Assembly (NCBI GenBank): GCA_964521955.1
Contig: CAZFTX010000001.1
Span: 42,386 to 106,385, forward strand
From: an uncultured Candidatus Saccharibacteria bacterium
Lineage (GTDB): Bacteria; Patescibacteriota; Doudnabacteria; UBA920
DNA length: 64,000 nucleotides
Direction of reading: 5' to 3'
The position numbers were made by a program, and so were the translations under genes. Each line of letters opens with the position of its first letter. Position 1 is the first letter of the stretch. Below, piece after piece: positions 46,998 to 57,321 of the stretch. The notes under the pieces were generated by a model. That model saw only the letters and a program-made list of their open reading frames with translations, was not told the DNA's origin and searched no databases.

Positions 46998-48485
46998 TTA
47001 AATGCTTGGATGTTTTTTATGCCACTGTGTAATTTGCTGATAAGCATGTCCTACGTTAAACACAACTTGCTCTCCCCATTGAGGACCAATAATCTGCATA
47101 CCAACAGGCAACCCGTCAACCGAAGGGCTTTCTCCTTCAGAGGGTCTTGAAAAACCTACCGGAACTGAAACTGCTGGAAGCCCTGCTAAAGAAGAAGGTA
47201 TGTTTAACTGGTCAGCAATGTATCCAAAAAGCGGGTTGTCTTTGGCTTTACCCAAAGGTACAGCAACGTTTGGTGAAGCGGGTGCAACTAAAACGTCTAC
47301 CTGTTTAAAAATTTCTTCAAACTCATTTATTATCAACCTTCTCACCTTCTGAGCTTTTTTGTAATAAGCGTCATAGTATCCGGCAGAAAGCACATAAGTT
47401 CCGGTAAGAATGCGTCTTTTAGCTTCAATCCCAAAATATTCTCCTCGAGTTTTATTATAAACTTCAAAAAGATCTTTTGCGTTTTTAGAACTGGACCCAT
47501 AACGAATACCGTCGTAACGCATGAGGTTAGAAGAAACTTCACTGGGACAAATAATTGCATAAACTAATGAACCAAATTTGGTATTGGGTAAATTTACTTC
47601 TTTAATTTCGGCGCCCATTTTTTTGAGTTCTTCAACAGCTTCCATAACCTTTACTCTAACACCTTCTTCCATACCATCCACAAAGTATTCTTTTGGTACA
47701 CCAACTTTCAAACCTTTAATATCAGTATTTAAATTTTTTGCAAAAAAAGGAACTTCTCCTCCTCCGGTTGTAGAATCCTTTTCATCTACTCCAGAAATTA
47801 CTTCTGCTATATGCGCCAAATCTTTCACGGAAAAAGCCACGGCTCCCGGCGAATCCAAAGAACTGCCCATAGAAATAACCCCGTACCGACTCACTCGGCC
47901 GTAAGTAGGCTTCCAACCGGAAACACCGCACAAACTACTTGGCTGACGAATGCTTCCACCCGTTTCAGTAGCCGTTGCCCAAGGGGTTAAGCCTAAAGCC
48001 AAAGCAGCTGTACTGCCTCCGGAGGAACCTCCTGGAATGCGAGTTTTGTCCCAAGGATTCTTTGTTGCACCGAATGCTGAAGTCTCTGTTGAGGACCCGT
48101 GTGCAAATTCGTCTAAATTTGTTTTGCCCAACAAAACACTTTTTTGTTCTTTAAGTTTGGCAGTGACTGTCCCGTCATAAGGAGGTAAATAGTTATCTAA
48201 AATTTTAGAACTCGCCGTAGTTCTTAAACCCTGCGTGCAAAACAAATCCTTAGACGCATAAGGTATCCCACATAAAAAAGGATTCTCACCGGGAGAGTTA
48301 ATAAACTCATCAGCTTCAGCAGCGTTTTTTAAAGCTTCTTCTTCTGTAACCGTAACAAAAGAATTCAAATCCTTGTCTAAAGATTTTATACGCTCCAAAA
48401 AATGCTTCGTCAACTCAACTGAAGAAACTTTTTTCTCATCCAATATTTTTCTAAGCTCCGTAAGCTCTAAAAACTCTAACTGCAT
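46998..48485 (-). CDS. gatA: Asp/Glu-tRNA amidotransferase subunit A (amidase)
   Basis: Amidase signature GGSSGGSTAALA and a Ser-cisSer-Lys triad context. Confidence 0.92.
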   Translation of the reverse strand: MQLEFLELTELRKILDEKKVSSVELTKHFLERIKSLDKDLNSFVTVTEEEALKNAAEADEFINSPGENPFLCGIPYASKDLFCTQGLRTTASSKILDNYLPPYDGTVTAKLKEQKSVLLGKTNLDEFAHGSSTETSAFGATKNPWDKTRIPGGSSGGSTAALALGLTPWATATETGGSIRQPSSLCGVSGWKPTYGRVSRYGVISMGSSLDSPGAVAFSVKDLAHIAEVISGVDEKDSTTGGGEVPFFAKNLNTDIKGLKVGVPKEYFVDGMEEGVRVKVMEAVEELKKMGAEIKEVNLPNTKFGSLVYAIICPSEVSSNLMRYDGIRYGSSSKNAKDLFEVYNKTRGEYFGIEAKRRILTGTYVLSAGYYDAYYKKAQKVRRLIINEFEEIFKQVDVLVAPASPNVAVPLGKAKDNPLFGYIADQLNIPSSLAGLPAVSVPVGFSRPSEGESPSVDGLPVGMQIIGPQWGEQVVFNVGHAYQQITQWHKKHPSI

Positions 48486-48543
48486 TTTATGTCTTTAATA
48501 AATTATGTTCAATTTTATTTAATTTTGATCAATTTTGTCATTT

Positions 48544-48825
48544 CTAGAGTATTTCTCTAACCTTATAAAACTCATCTTTCACTTCGGGTGCTTGGGCTAA
48601 TATTTCCTCTCTATTATTACCAAGTTTGGACTCATCCATTCTTTGCACATTGACTAAACCGGTTACTTGAGAAACCTCGTCCAACCCTTCCGTATTCAGC
48701 CCTTGCAACTCTTTTACATACTCCAAAACAGCGGAAACTCCGCTTTGGAGCACTTCCACTTCTTCGTCTGAAAGCTCAATTCGAGCTAAAAGAGCAACTT
48801 TTTCTACTTCTTCTTTAGTGAGCAT
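48544..48825 (-). CDS. gatC: Asp/Glu-tRNA amidotransferase subunit C
   Basis: 93 aa; VEKVA.LARIEL..EE pattern; gatCAB order. Confidence 0.85.
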   Translation of the reverse strand: MLTKEEVEKVALLARIELSDEEVEVLQSGVSAVLEYVKELQGLNTEGLDEVSQVTGLVNVQRMDESKLGNNREEILAQAPEVKDEFYKVREIL

Positions 48826-48907
48826 AAGAGCACTAATTATAGCAAAGCCTCAAAAGCCTTTCAAATGCTTAATACTAAAAAATATCAACTATCACAAAGT
48901 CTATATA

Positions 48908-49058
48908 TTGAGCCAAGTTCGAGGCAAAATGCGCGGATGATTCGAGCCGTAGTGAACCTACGGTGAGAAACAACGCAAGCATTTTAACGAAGCCCCCAAA
49001 GGGGTCTGGCTCCGCCAGAAAATTGGCCAAAGCTACTTTAGAAATCGGGCTATGCCCG
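48908..49058 (+). repeat. intergenic repeat family A, copy 2
   Basis: Full-length copy between secA and gatC, including the cccccaaaggggtctggctccgccag segment. Confidence 0.7.
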
Positions 49059-49087
49059 TTTCAAAAGTAGCGGTATATTGACTTTAA

Positions 49088-51457
49088 CTAGAGTAAATTT
49101 TTTTGAAGAAGAAGAACAAACAAAGACTTAATAAACTGCTTTTGAATCCCTTTACCCATTTCTTCAAACAAATTTTTACTCTCTAAAATAAATTCAATGA
49201 GCGGGTCTTCAGAAGCATAAGAAAGTAACCCAGCCTCTTCCTTTAAAACATCCATAAGTTCTAAATGATCACTCCAGTGATTGTCTATAATTTGTAGGAT
49301 CAACTGCTGACTAGCCTCCCAAGTCTCTGGGTTTTCTTTTAAAAGCCCGGCTCTAGTTTGCAAATATGTAGAAAATTTATCTACCGCTACATTGGCTTTT
49401 TCCGAAAGTTTGTTTTTATCCTGCTTGTTAGAAAAATATTCTTCTAACTCATGCGGGTTAACTTCTACACTAAACACATCTCTCAAATTTTCTGCAACTA
49501 ACTTTGGTTCTGCAAGCAAAAAAGCAAAACTTACCAAATCTGAAATGGTTTGGTTTAAAAATTTTTCAAATTCAACTTCGTTTTCTAAAAGCCTGTCCCT
49601 TAAAGCATAAACTTCACTGCGTTGAAAATTTATAACTCTGTCGTATTTATACAAATAAATTCTACCATCATAATTTTTACTTTCTACAAAATCTTGGGCT
49701 TTCTTAAATTCTTCGTCCAAACTTTTCCCAGAAATGTATTCGTCTTCAGGAATATCATACTCCTCTAAAGCGTCAATAATTCTTTCGCTACCAAACATTT
49801 GCATAATTTCATCTTCCATCGAAATCAAAAACTGGCTTTCACCTGCCTCACCTTGTCTGCCGCTTCTTCCAATTAACTGGTCGTCTATTCTTCTGGATTC
49901 ATGTCTTTCAGTTCCAATTACATAAAGACCACCCAAAGCTTCAACGCCTGGACCTAAAAGTATGTCCGTACCCCGACCTGCCATGTTAGTTGCAACTGTA
50001 ATCATACCTTCTAGTCCTGCCTTGGAAATTTTTTCCGCTTCAGCTCTGTGGTCAGACGCTGTTAAAAGCTGGAAAGGCATTTCTTCTGTTTCCAACATGT
50101 CGGCCAACGCATGGGCAGTTTCTACAGTTCGTGCACAAAGTAAAATTGGCTGACCGCGTTTATGAATTTGTTTCAGTTTTTTTAAAAGTCCAGCAAATTT
50201 TCCTTTTTGAGTCTTAAAAAACAAATCCGAATGGTCAACCCTGGTAACTGCCTTGTTTGTGGGAATTTTCACAACTTCCAAATTATATACTTGCATAAAC
50301 TCATCCCTAGCGCGCATAACCGTTCCGGACATACCGGAAAGTTTTTCATACATTGGGAAAAAGTTTTGAAATGTTAAAGCTGCAACCGTTCGGTCAGAAT
50401 CTTTCACTAAAACTTTTTCTTTTGCTTCAATTGCTTGGTGCACTCCGTCCGTAAACCTTCTGCCAGGCAAAACTCTTCCAGTAAACTCATCCACAATTTC
50501 CACCCCAGTTTCAGTAACAATATAGTCTCTGTCTTTTTCAAAAAGCGTTTTAGCTCTTAAACACACGTCTAAATAAAAAACATACATGGGATTTTCCTTT
50601 GAAAACATTGGCGAACCAATTAACTTTTCCATTTTATCCAAACCCGTAGAAGTTAAACTTACGTTTTTGTGTTGGTAGTCAACTTTAAAATCTTTATCTT
50701 CCTCTAAACTAGCGACATTTTTTGTAAACAAATCATACAAACTTCTTTGTTCTTTTACTGTCGCCGCAATAATTAAAGGCGTACGCGACTCGTCAATGAG
50801 TATACTGTCTATTTCATCTACAATTCCAAAATGCAAAGGATTTTCTTTCCTTAAAACCCTGTCACTTTTTGAAAAAACTAAATTATCCCTTAAATAATCA
50901 AAGCCTAAGTCTTGGTTAGTTACATAAGTTATGTCAGCCGCATAAGCTTTTCGTCTGTCTTCACTTTTCATGGCCGAAGTCACAAAACCAGTACTCAAGC
51001 CTAAGAAAGAATAAAGTTTATTCATTTCTTTTGCGTCTCTTTCTGCTAAATAGTCGTTAGTAGTAATTACATGCACGCCTTTTCCTAAAAGCGCGTTCAA
51101 ATAAACCGGCATTGTTTCAGTTAAAGTTTTGCCTTCTCCGGCTTTCATTTCAGCAATTTTTCCTAAGTGGATTACTAACCCACCTAAAATTTGTACTTCA
51201 TACGGAGTTTTACCAAACATTCTTCTTGCGGCTTCACACACTAAAGCAAACCCCGGCACAACCAACGAATCTAAAGACTTGCCTTTTTTCAAGTCATCTT
51301 TAAAAGCTAAAGTAGCCAGCCTAAGTTCTTTGTCTGCCCAACTTTTTAGTTCTTCACGATTTTTTAAAATCAAATCCACCCTGTGCTCCAAAGAACCCAA
51401 AGCTTTTGTATCAATGTAACCGTTTATTTTGTCTTTTAAAGAATCAATAAAACCCAT
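49088..51457 (-). CDS. secA: preprotein translocase ATPase SecA (short, 789 aa)
   Basis: DEAD-like motor (MKAGEGKT, DEIDSILIDE) and the preprotein cross-linking domain. It lacks the long C-terminal tail. Confidence 0.92.
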   Translation of the reverse strand: MGFIDSLKDKINGYIDTKALGSLEHRVDLILKNREELKSWADKELRLATLAFKDDLKKGKSLDSLVVPGFALVCEAARRMFGKTPYEVQILGGLVIHLGKIAEMKAGEGKTLTETMPVYLNALLGKGVHVITTNDYLAERDAKEMNKLYSFLGLSTGFVTSAMKSEDRRKAYAADITYVTNQDLGFDYLRDNLVFSKSDRVLRKENPLHFGIVDEIDSILIDESRTPLIIAATVKEQRSLYDLFTKNVASLEEDKDFKVDYQHKNVSLTSTGLDKMEKLIGSPMFSKENPMYVFYLDVCLRAKTLFEKDRDYIVTETGVEIVDEFTGRVLPGRRFTDGVHQAIEAKEKVLVKDSDRTVAALTFQNFFPMYEKLSGMSGTVMRARDEFMQVYNLEVVKIPTNKAVTRVDHSDLFFKTQKGKFAGLLKKLKQIHKRGQPILLCARTVETAHALADMLETEEMPFQLLTASDHRAEAEKISKAGLEGMITVATNMAGRGTDILLGPGVEALGGLYVIGTERHESRRIDDQLIGRSGRQGEAGESQFLISMEDEIMQMFGSERIIDALEEYDIPEDEYISGKSLDEEFKKAQDFVESKNYDGRIYLYKYDRVINFQRSEVYALRDRLLENEVEFEKFLNQTISDLVSFAFLLAEPKLVAENLRDVFSVEVNPHELEEYFSNKQDKNKLSEKANVAVDKFSTYLQTRAGLLKENPETWEASQQLILQIIDNHWSDHLELMDVLKEEAGLLSYASEDPLIEFILESKNLFEEMGKGIQKQFIKSLFVLLLQKNLL

Positions 51458-51603
51458 TTAACTTTGTATATTTTTGTTTCTAAAGTTTGCTTATTTTGAG
51501 ATAATTATACCATAAAAACCGCAGATGTGCTATAATAAATTTACTTTAAATTAACTCGCACGCGAAGAAAAAGCGTTGTCGAAGAAATAGAATTTTACGC
51601 ATT

Positions 51604-51749
51604 AAGTCAAGTTCGAGGCAAAATGTGCAGATGATTCGAGCCGTAGTCTACTACGGTGAGAAGAAACGCAAACATTTTAACAAAGCCCCAAAGGGGTCTG
51701 GCTCCGCCAGAAAATTGACCAAAGCTACTTTTAGAATCTGGCTCAGCCA
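51604..51749 (+). repeat. intergenic repeat family A, copy 3
   Basis: Full-length copy between secA and lemA. The terminal hairpin is ctggctcagccag, against gggctatgccc in copy 2. Confidence 0.7.
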
Positions 51750-51764
51750 GTTCAGAAAATAGCA

Positions 51765-52337
51765 ATGCGAGAAATTCTAAACAAAAATATGGATATTGGA
51801 ATATATATAATTATTGCGTTAGTAATCTTAGGAATCTACTTCTACAACTCCATGGTTTCTTCCAGAAACCGCGTAGAAGAAGCTTGGAGCGACATAGAAG
51901 TTCAACTCAAAAGGCGTTATGACCTCATTCCTAACTTAGTGGAAACCGTCAAAGGCTACGCCAAACAGGAATCTTCTGTTTTGGAAAATGTGACCAAAGC
52001 TAGAAACATGGCCATGAACGCTGGCAGCATGCAAGAAAAACTTCAAGACGAAAACATGCTTTCCGGTGCTTTAAAATCTCTTTTTGCAGTTTCAGAAAAT
52101 TACCCTGACTTAAAAAGCAATACTAACTTCATGCAAATGCAAAGAGACTTAACAGACACCGAAGACAAAATTCAGGCCGCTCGCAGGTTTTACAACGGCA
52201 CAGTCAGAGACTACAACACTTTACTTCAAACTTTCCCAAGAAACATAGTTGCTCCTATGCTAGGTTTTAGCGTTAAGCAATTCTTTGACATTGACGAAAA
52301 AGGCCCTGAAGCCCAACCTGTTAAAGTTTCTTTTTAA
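51765..52337 (+). CDS. lemA: LemA-family protein
   Basis: N-terminal TM and the LemA core (WSDIEVQLKRRYDLIPNLVETVKGYAKQE). Confidence 0.85.
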   Translation: MREILNKNMDIGIYIIIALVILGIYFYNSMVSSRNRVEEAWSDIEVQLKRRYDLIPNLVETVKGYAKQESSVLENVTKARNMAMNAGSMQEKLQDENMLSGALKSLFAVSENYPDLKSNTNFMQMQRDLTDTEDKIQAARRFYNGTVRDYNTLLQTFPRNIVAPMLGFSVKQFFDIDEKGPEAQPVKVSF

Positions 52338-52466
52338 AGAAACTTTAACCTTGAGCGAAGTCGAAAGATTAAAGTCCAATTCTAATCATTTAAACATTTA
52401 AGCATACAAGCATAAAAAATTTTGCTAATGTAAGCATGCTTAAATGTTAAATGTTTAAATGAATAA

Positions 52467-53396
52467 ATGCTGACATACGATCACATTTCTAAAAACAAAA
52501 CCGAAAGCTGGATACTCATATTCAGCTTTTTAGTAATTATTTCCCTTTTAGGTTTTGTTTTTTCTCAAATTTACAACACTCCGCAAATTCTGTATTTTGC
52601 GGTTGGTTTTAGCATTATTACTTCTTTTATTTCTTACTACTTTTCCGACTCTATAACTTTAGCCATGTCCCAGGCTAAAGAAGTTAACAGACAGTCTGCG
52701 CCGGATCTTTTTAGGTTAGTGGAAAACTTAACCATTGCTGCAGGGCTTCCCATGCCTAAAGTCTACGTTATAGAAGACACAGCTTTGAATGCTTTTGCCA
52801 CCGGCAGAGACCCCGAGCATGCAGTTGTTTGTTTTACCACGGGAATACTGCAGCGCTTAGAAAAAACTGAACTAGAAGGAGTGGTAGCCCATGAACTTTC
52901 CCACATTGGCAACTACGACATTCGCGTCATGACTTTAGTCGTAGTTTTAGTGGGCACCATTACCTTACTTGCAGACTGGATGCTAAGAGCTTCTTTTTTT
53001 GGCAACCGAAAGTCCAGTGACCGCGAAGGTGGCGGACAAATAAAGCTGATTTTGATGATTGCCGGAATTCTTTTAGCTATCCTTTCCCCAATTATTGCTA
53101 CAGTTATAAAGTTAGCAGTTTCCAGAAAACGCGAATTTTTAGCCGACGCTTCCGGTGCTCTTTTAACCCGTTACCCGGAAGGCTTGGCCCGCGCTTTAGA
53201 AAAAATATCCAGCGACAAAGAACCCTTGGAAGCCGCAAACAAAGCCACAGCTCACATGTACATAGTCAATCCTTTTCATGAAGACTCAAAGTTAAACGCT
53301 AATTCCGCAAAAAGCAGAGGGTGGTTTTCTTCACTTTTCAACACCCATCCGCCGGTAGAAGAAAGAATTCGTCGTTTACGTGAAATGAATCTTTAA
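52467..53396 (+). CDS. htpX: M48 zinc metalloprotease HtpX
   Basis: HELSHI zinc motif, four TM helices, a downstream Glu. Confidence 0.88.
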   Translation: MLTYDHISKNKTESWILIFSFLVIISLLGFVFSQIYNTPQILYFAVGFSIITSFISYYFSDSITLAMSQAKEVNRQSAPDLFRLVENLTIAAGLPMPKVYVIEDTALNAFATGRDPEHAVVCFTTGILQRLEKTELEGVVAHELSHIGNYDIRVMTLVVVLVGTITLLADWMLRASFFGNRKSSDREGGGQIKLILMIAGILLAILSPIIATVIKLAVSRKREFLADASGALLTRYPEGLARALEKISSDKEPLEAANKATAHMYIVNPFHEDSKLNANSAKSRGWFSSLFNTHPPVEERIRRLREMNL

Positions 53397-53902
53397 AAAA
53401 CTACTTTTGAAATTACGTTTGTTCTGAACCCCTTACTCGCTAACTTTTTGGCCAGTTTTTGCTTTACCTCGTATAAATCACTGCTTGCAGTGATTTCCGT
53501 GCTAGATTTTGCTACATGCTTCTTAACAAATCTCTTAGCAATTTCCAACTCTTCTTCTTCACTTAAACCCTCGCTCAAAGTCTTTTCAATGAGCTCAGAA
53601 GGTAATCTTTTTTCAATAAACTTTTTTTTAATTCCAAAATACCCAAAATTTTTATACTTTTTTAAATTTTCCAAAAAAACCTGTGCATATCTTTCATCGT
53701 CTAAATACTTTAAACCTTTTAGTTCCTCAATAACTTCTTCAATAATTTTTTCATTTTGATATTTAATTTTTAGTTTTGCTTTTATTTCCCCTTCAGTTCT
53801 CAGCTTTAAACTCAGTAAATAAACAGCATATGCATATGCCCTTTCTTTCTGCTCTTGAGTTTTATTTGCAAATTGATCTATAAGCATCAGTGTTATCCGC
53901 AT
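53393..53902 (-). CDS. recX: RecX-family regulatory protein
   Basis: 169 aa; three-repeat helical pattern (YAVYLLSLKLRTEGEIKAKL...). Confidence 0.6.
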   Translation of the reverse strand: MRITLMLIDQFANKTQEQKERAYAYAVYLLSLKLRTEGEIKAKLKIKYQNEKIIEEVIEELKGLKYLDDERYAQVFLENLKKYKNFGYFGIKKKFIEKRLPSELIEKTLSEGLSEEEELEIAKRFVKKHVAKSSTEITASSDLYEVKQKLAKKLASKGFRTNVISKVVF

Positions 53903-53920
53903 GTTTTAAAAAATCTGTGG

Positions 53921-53947
53921 TTAGCACTCTCTTGACTTGAGTGATAA
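53921..53947 (+). promoter_or_regulatory. CIRCE operator (HrcA-binding inverted repeat) upstream of clpC
   Basis: TTAGCACTC-tcttgactt-GAGTGaTAA. This matches the consensus TTAGCACTC-N9-GAGTGCTAA at 17 of 18 positions. A TTGACT -35-like hexamer lies in the spacer. Confidence 0.75.
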
Positions 53948-54094
53948 TTTATCATAACATATATATAGATGTTATAATTACATATATAATAGCATTTTCA
54001 ATTAAAGACTATTTTAAGAAAACTATAGGATTGAGCCGAACTTCCGAATATCTGTTGCATCAGTCCTATTTAGTCCTATAAGGCCTATTCACAA

Positions 54095-56659
54095 ATGACA
54101 AATTTTACATACATATTAGAACGCTTAAGCAGTAGAGCAAAAAATGCTCTTATTTTAGCTCAAATGGTTTCTGAAGAACTTAAGCACGACCATATTGGTA
54201 CCGAACATTTGCTTTTTGGTGTGGTTTCAGAAAAAAGTTCTTTTGCTGCAGAAATTTTAGCAAAAACCAAGCTCAGCCCTGAAGCAGTAAAAGAAGAGCT
54301 TATTTTAGTTAACACCAACAACACCATTACTAGCTGGAAGCCTGTGCTTTCCGAAAACTTAAAACAAGCTATAGAAAAAGCTGCAATTATTGCCAGCCAA
54401 TATGGTTACCAATTTATTGGTACCGAACATTTTCTTTATGGCTTACTTTCAAGCAAACTCAACAAAGCCAGGGTGATTTTCTCAAAACTAGGAATTGATA
54501 CTAGTGAACTCCAGCAAAATTTAGAAAATGTTTTTGAAAATATTTCAAAATTTCCCGAAATGCCGGGAATAGGACCGGAAGCTACTGGTGGTTTTCAAAA
54601 TCCCGGAGCAAACCCCGGACAAATTCCTCAAAACCCTCGCATGAACGGACAAAAGCAAAACTTATTGGAATATTTCACCACCGACTTAACTAAAAAAGCC
54701 TTAACTGGTTTAATTGACCCGGTTATTGGCAGAAAAAATGAAATTGAAAGACTGGTCTCTATTTTAAACCGTAGAACTAAGAACAATCCCCTACTTATTG
54801 GCGAAGCCGGCGTAGGCAAAACCGCAATTGTTGAAGGTTTAGCTTTAGCAATTTCCAAACGCGAAGTACCTGACTCTTTGCTCGATAAAAAAATACTTTC
54901 TTTAGACTTAGCCCTCATTGTAGCTGGCTCCATGTTCAGAGGTGAATTTGAAAACCGTTTAAAGCAAATTATAGACGAAGTAAAAGCTGACAAAAACGTC
55001 ATTTTGTTTATAGACGAACTTCACACCATGGTTGGCGCAGGCGCCACTACTGGCTCTTTAGATGCGGCTAATATTTTAAAACCTGCCTTAGCCCGCGGCG
55101 AACTCCGGGCAATTGGTGCCACTACGCTTTCGGAATACAAACAACACATTGAAAAAGACGCTGCTTTGGAAAGAAGGTTCCAACCTATTTTAGTAGAAGA
55201 ACCTAGCCGTGACGAAACTGTAGAAATTTTACAAGGCTTAAAACCTTCTTACGAGAAACACCATAACGTTACCATTACTGACGAAGCCATTCGCAGTGCT
55301 GTTGACCTTTCTTCCCGCTACATTCAAGACCGCTTCTTACCTGACAAAGCTGTAGATTTGATTGATGAAACCGCTGCCTTTTTAAGAAGTATTAACTCTT
55401 CTTCCAAGCTTCTTCGAACTACCAAAAAAATAGAAGCTGACTTACTGGCTCTAGAAGAAGAAAAAACCAAGGCTGTTTTAAGTCAAGATTTTACAACAGC
55501 TTTACACTTAAGGGCTCAGGAAGAAAAACTTTTAAAACAAAAAGCCGATCTTTCCAAAAGTCTCAGTGTTGAATCACAAATTCCAACCCACACCATTTCC
55601 GGCGAAGACATTGCACATACCGTTTCCATGATGACAAAAATTCCGCTTGCTCGCCTTACTAAAACCGAAATTGGCAGACTGGCTAACTTAGAAAAAATTC
55701 TCAAATCTAAAATTGTTGGTCAAAACGAAGGCGTGGAAGAAATTGCCAAAGCAATTCGCCGTTCCCGCGCGGGCATTGCTGACCCCAAAAGGCCTTTAGG
55801 TTCTTTTATTTTCTTAGGTCCTACCGGAGTGGGTAAAACTGAAACTGCCAAAGTTTTAGCTAAAGAAATTTTTGAAGACGAAGAAGCTTTAATCCGGGTA
55901 GACATGTCGGAATTCATGGAAAGACACAACGTTTCCCGTCTTATTGGCGCTCCGGCCGGTTATGTAGGCTACGGCGAGGGCGGCAGACTTACGGAAGCTG
56001 TCAGAAGAAAACCCTACTCAGTTGTGCTTTTTGACGAAATTGAAAAAGCAAACCCGGACGTGTTCAACATTTTCCTGCAAATTTTAGAAGACGGACAACT
56101 CACAGACGCGGAAGGTAAAAAGGTTTCTTTTAGAAACACGGTCATAATTATGACCTCCAACTTAGGCATGCAGGAACTGACAATGCAAGCCGCCAAAATT
56201 GGTTTTGCCGACCGGGAAGAAAAACCGGACCAAAAAAAACAACTGGAAAAAGAATATGAAAACATTAAAGCCGGCGTGTTAGAAACCTTGCGTCAGTCCT
56301 TTAGACCGGAGTTTTTAAACCGCATAGACAAAATTATTGTTTTCAAACCCCTGGGTTTTTCTGAACTCAAAGAAATTACCAAACTTCAAATTGCTCAACT
56401 TCAAAACCGACTTTTGGAACAAAATGTCCAACTTAAAATTGCACCTGCAATTTACAAATTCATTGCAGAAAAAAGTTTTGACCCGGCCCAAGGCGCCAGA
56501 TTCGTTCGAAAAAACATTCAGGACTTACTGGAAGACCCTATGGCAGAAAAAATTATTGCCGGCAGAACTAAAGGTGGCGTAAGAATTTCCGCTGACGTAA
56601 AAAACGATAAAATATCCTTTACTGTTCAAAAAACCGAAAGAGTCCTTGTCCCAGCATAA
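54095..56659 (+). CDS. clpC: ATP-dependent Clp protease ATPase subunit ClpC (Hsp100)
   Basis: Two Clp_N repeats, AAA-1 (GEAGVGKT), a UVR-like linker, AAA-2 (GPTGVGKT, sensor/arginine finger) and the C-terminal D2-small domain. Confidence 0.92.
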   Translation: MTNFTYILERLSSRAKNALILAQMVSEELKHDHIGTEHLLFGVVSEKSSFAAEILAKTKLSPEAVKEELILVNTNNTITSWKPVLSENLKQAIEKAAIIASQYGYQFIGTEHFLYGLLSSKLNKARVIFSKLGIDTSELQQNLENVFENISKFPEMPGIGPEATGGFQNPGANPGQIPQNPRMNGQKQNLLEYFTTDLTKKALTGLIDPVIGRKNEIERLVSILNRRTKNNPLLIGEAGVGKTAIVEGLALAISKREVPDSLLDKKILSLDLALIVAGSMFRGEFENRLKQIIDEVKADKNVILFIDELHTMVGAGATTGSLDAANILKPALARGELRAIGATTLSEYKQHIEKDAALERRFQPILVEEPSRDETVEILQGLKPSYEKHHNVTITDEAIRSAVDLSSRYIQDRFLPDKAVDLIDETAAFLRSINSSSKLLRTTKKIEADLLALEEEKTKAVLSQDFTTALHLRAQEEKLLKQKADLSKSLSVESQIPTHTISGEDIAHTVSMMTKIPLARLTKTEIGRLANLEKILKSKIVGQNEGVEEIAKAIRRSRAGIADPKRPLGSFIFLGPTGVGKTETAKVLAKEIFEDEEALIRVDMSEFMERHNVSRLIGAPAGYVGYGEGGRLTEAVRRKPYSVVLFDEIEKANPDVFNIFLQILEDGQLTDAEGKKVSFRNTVIIMTSNLGMQELTMQAAKIGFADREEKPDQKKQLEKEYENIKAGVLETLRQSFRPEFLNRIDKIIVFKPLGFSELKEITKLQIAQLQNRLLEQNVQLKIAPAIYKFIAEKSFDPAQGARFVRKNIQDLLEDPMAEKIIAGRTKGGVRISADVKNDKISFTVQKTERVLVPA

Positions 56660-56771
56660 TAGAGATTCCCTCTTTCCCTCTCCTGCCTTGCGGGAGAGGG
56701 TGTCCCGAAGAGACGAGTGAGGGCAAATAATTATATCGACAATTCTTAAATAAAATAAGTCACCATTTTTT

Positions 56772-56801
56772 ATCCCGCCCCTATACAGGGCGGGATTTTT
56801 G
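56772..56801 (+). terminator. rho-independent terminator of clpC
   Basis: atcccgccc-ctataca-gggcgggat plus TTTTT. Confidence 0.7.
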
Positions 56802-56804
56802 GTA

Positions 56805-56833
56805 TTTACAAAACCTCTCATATATTGTATAAA
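56805..56833 (+). promoter_or_regulatory. sigma70-like promoter (TTTACA-N17-TATAAA) for the island-4 ORF
   Basis: Read directly; positioned 30 nt upstream of AAGGAGG-ATG. Confidence 0.4.
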
Positions 56834-56863
56834 TATCATTAACCGATCCAAGGAGGATCACTT

Positions 56864-57181
56864 ATGCCCCATCAACCCGCTATCGCCACTCAGGTTTCCT
56901 GGTTAGCGATAAGAAGGATTCGGGAACAAACCGATTCCACCAACAAAAGTCATCCTGGGCAGTCTCACGCCAGCGCACGTAAAGCAGAATTGCGCTCTGC
57001 TCGCAGAAAAGAACATGGTGCGAGCATTGCGAAAATCGGACTGCAACAGGTCATGGAAGAAGAGGACAAGCGGTTTCAAAACGCCAAAAAATTCATGACC
57101 GGAGGCACCAAACCGACCACTATCACCGCCGCCAATCCTGTCATGAAAGCTCCGTCGTATTCAGGTCGTTACTACTACTGA
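56864..57181 (+). CDS. hypothetical small basic protein (GC-rich island 4)
   Basis: CAAGGAGG SD; 105 aa; no recognised domain. Confidence 0.4.
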   Translation: MPHQPAIATQVSWLAIRRIREQTDSTNKSHPGQSHASARKAELRSARRKEHGASIAKIGLQQVMEEEDKRFQNAKKFMTGGTKPTTITAANPVMKAPSYSGRYYY

Positions 57182-57200
57182 TCGACGACCACTCCGCCAC

Positions 57201-57246
57201 TCACCTCCCCGCACGTAGCCTAGTTGCGGGGAGGTGTTCTTTTTTT
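57201..57246 (+). terminator. rho-independent terminator
   Basis: cacctccccgca-N11-tgcggggaggtg, a perfect 12-bp stem, then ttcttttttt. Confidence 0.7.
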
Positions 57247-57321
57247 ACCCAAACTTGATACAATATTAGCATAAAGTAATGTCCTTCATTTTTATTTAAT
57301 TTTGATCAATTTTGGTCAATT

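Noticed and set aside
46976-47047. 24-aa N-terminal extension of the GatB ORF overlapping gatA
   Set aside because: GatB homology starts at MSEFRPVIGLEIH. The extension would overlap the gatA 3' end in another frame.
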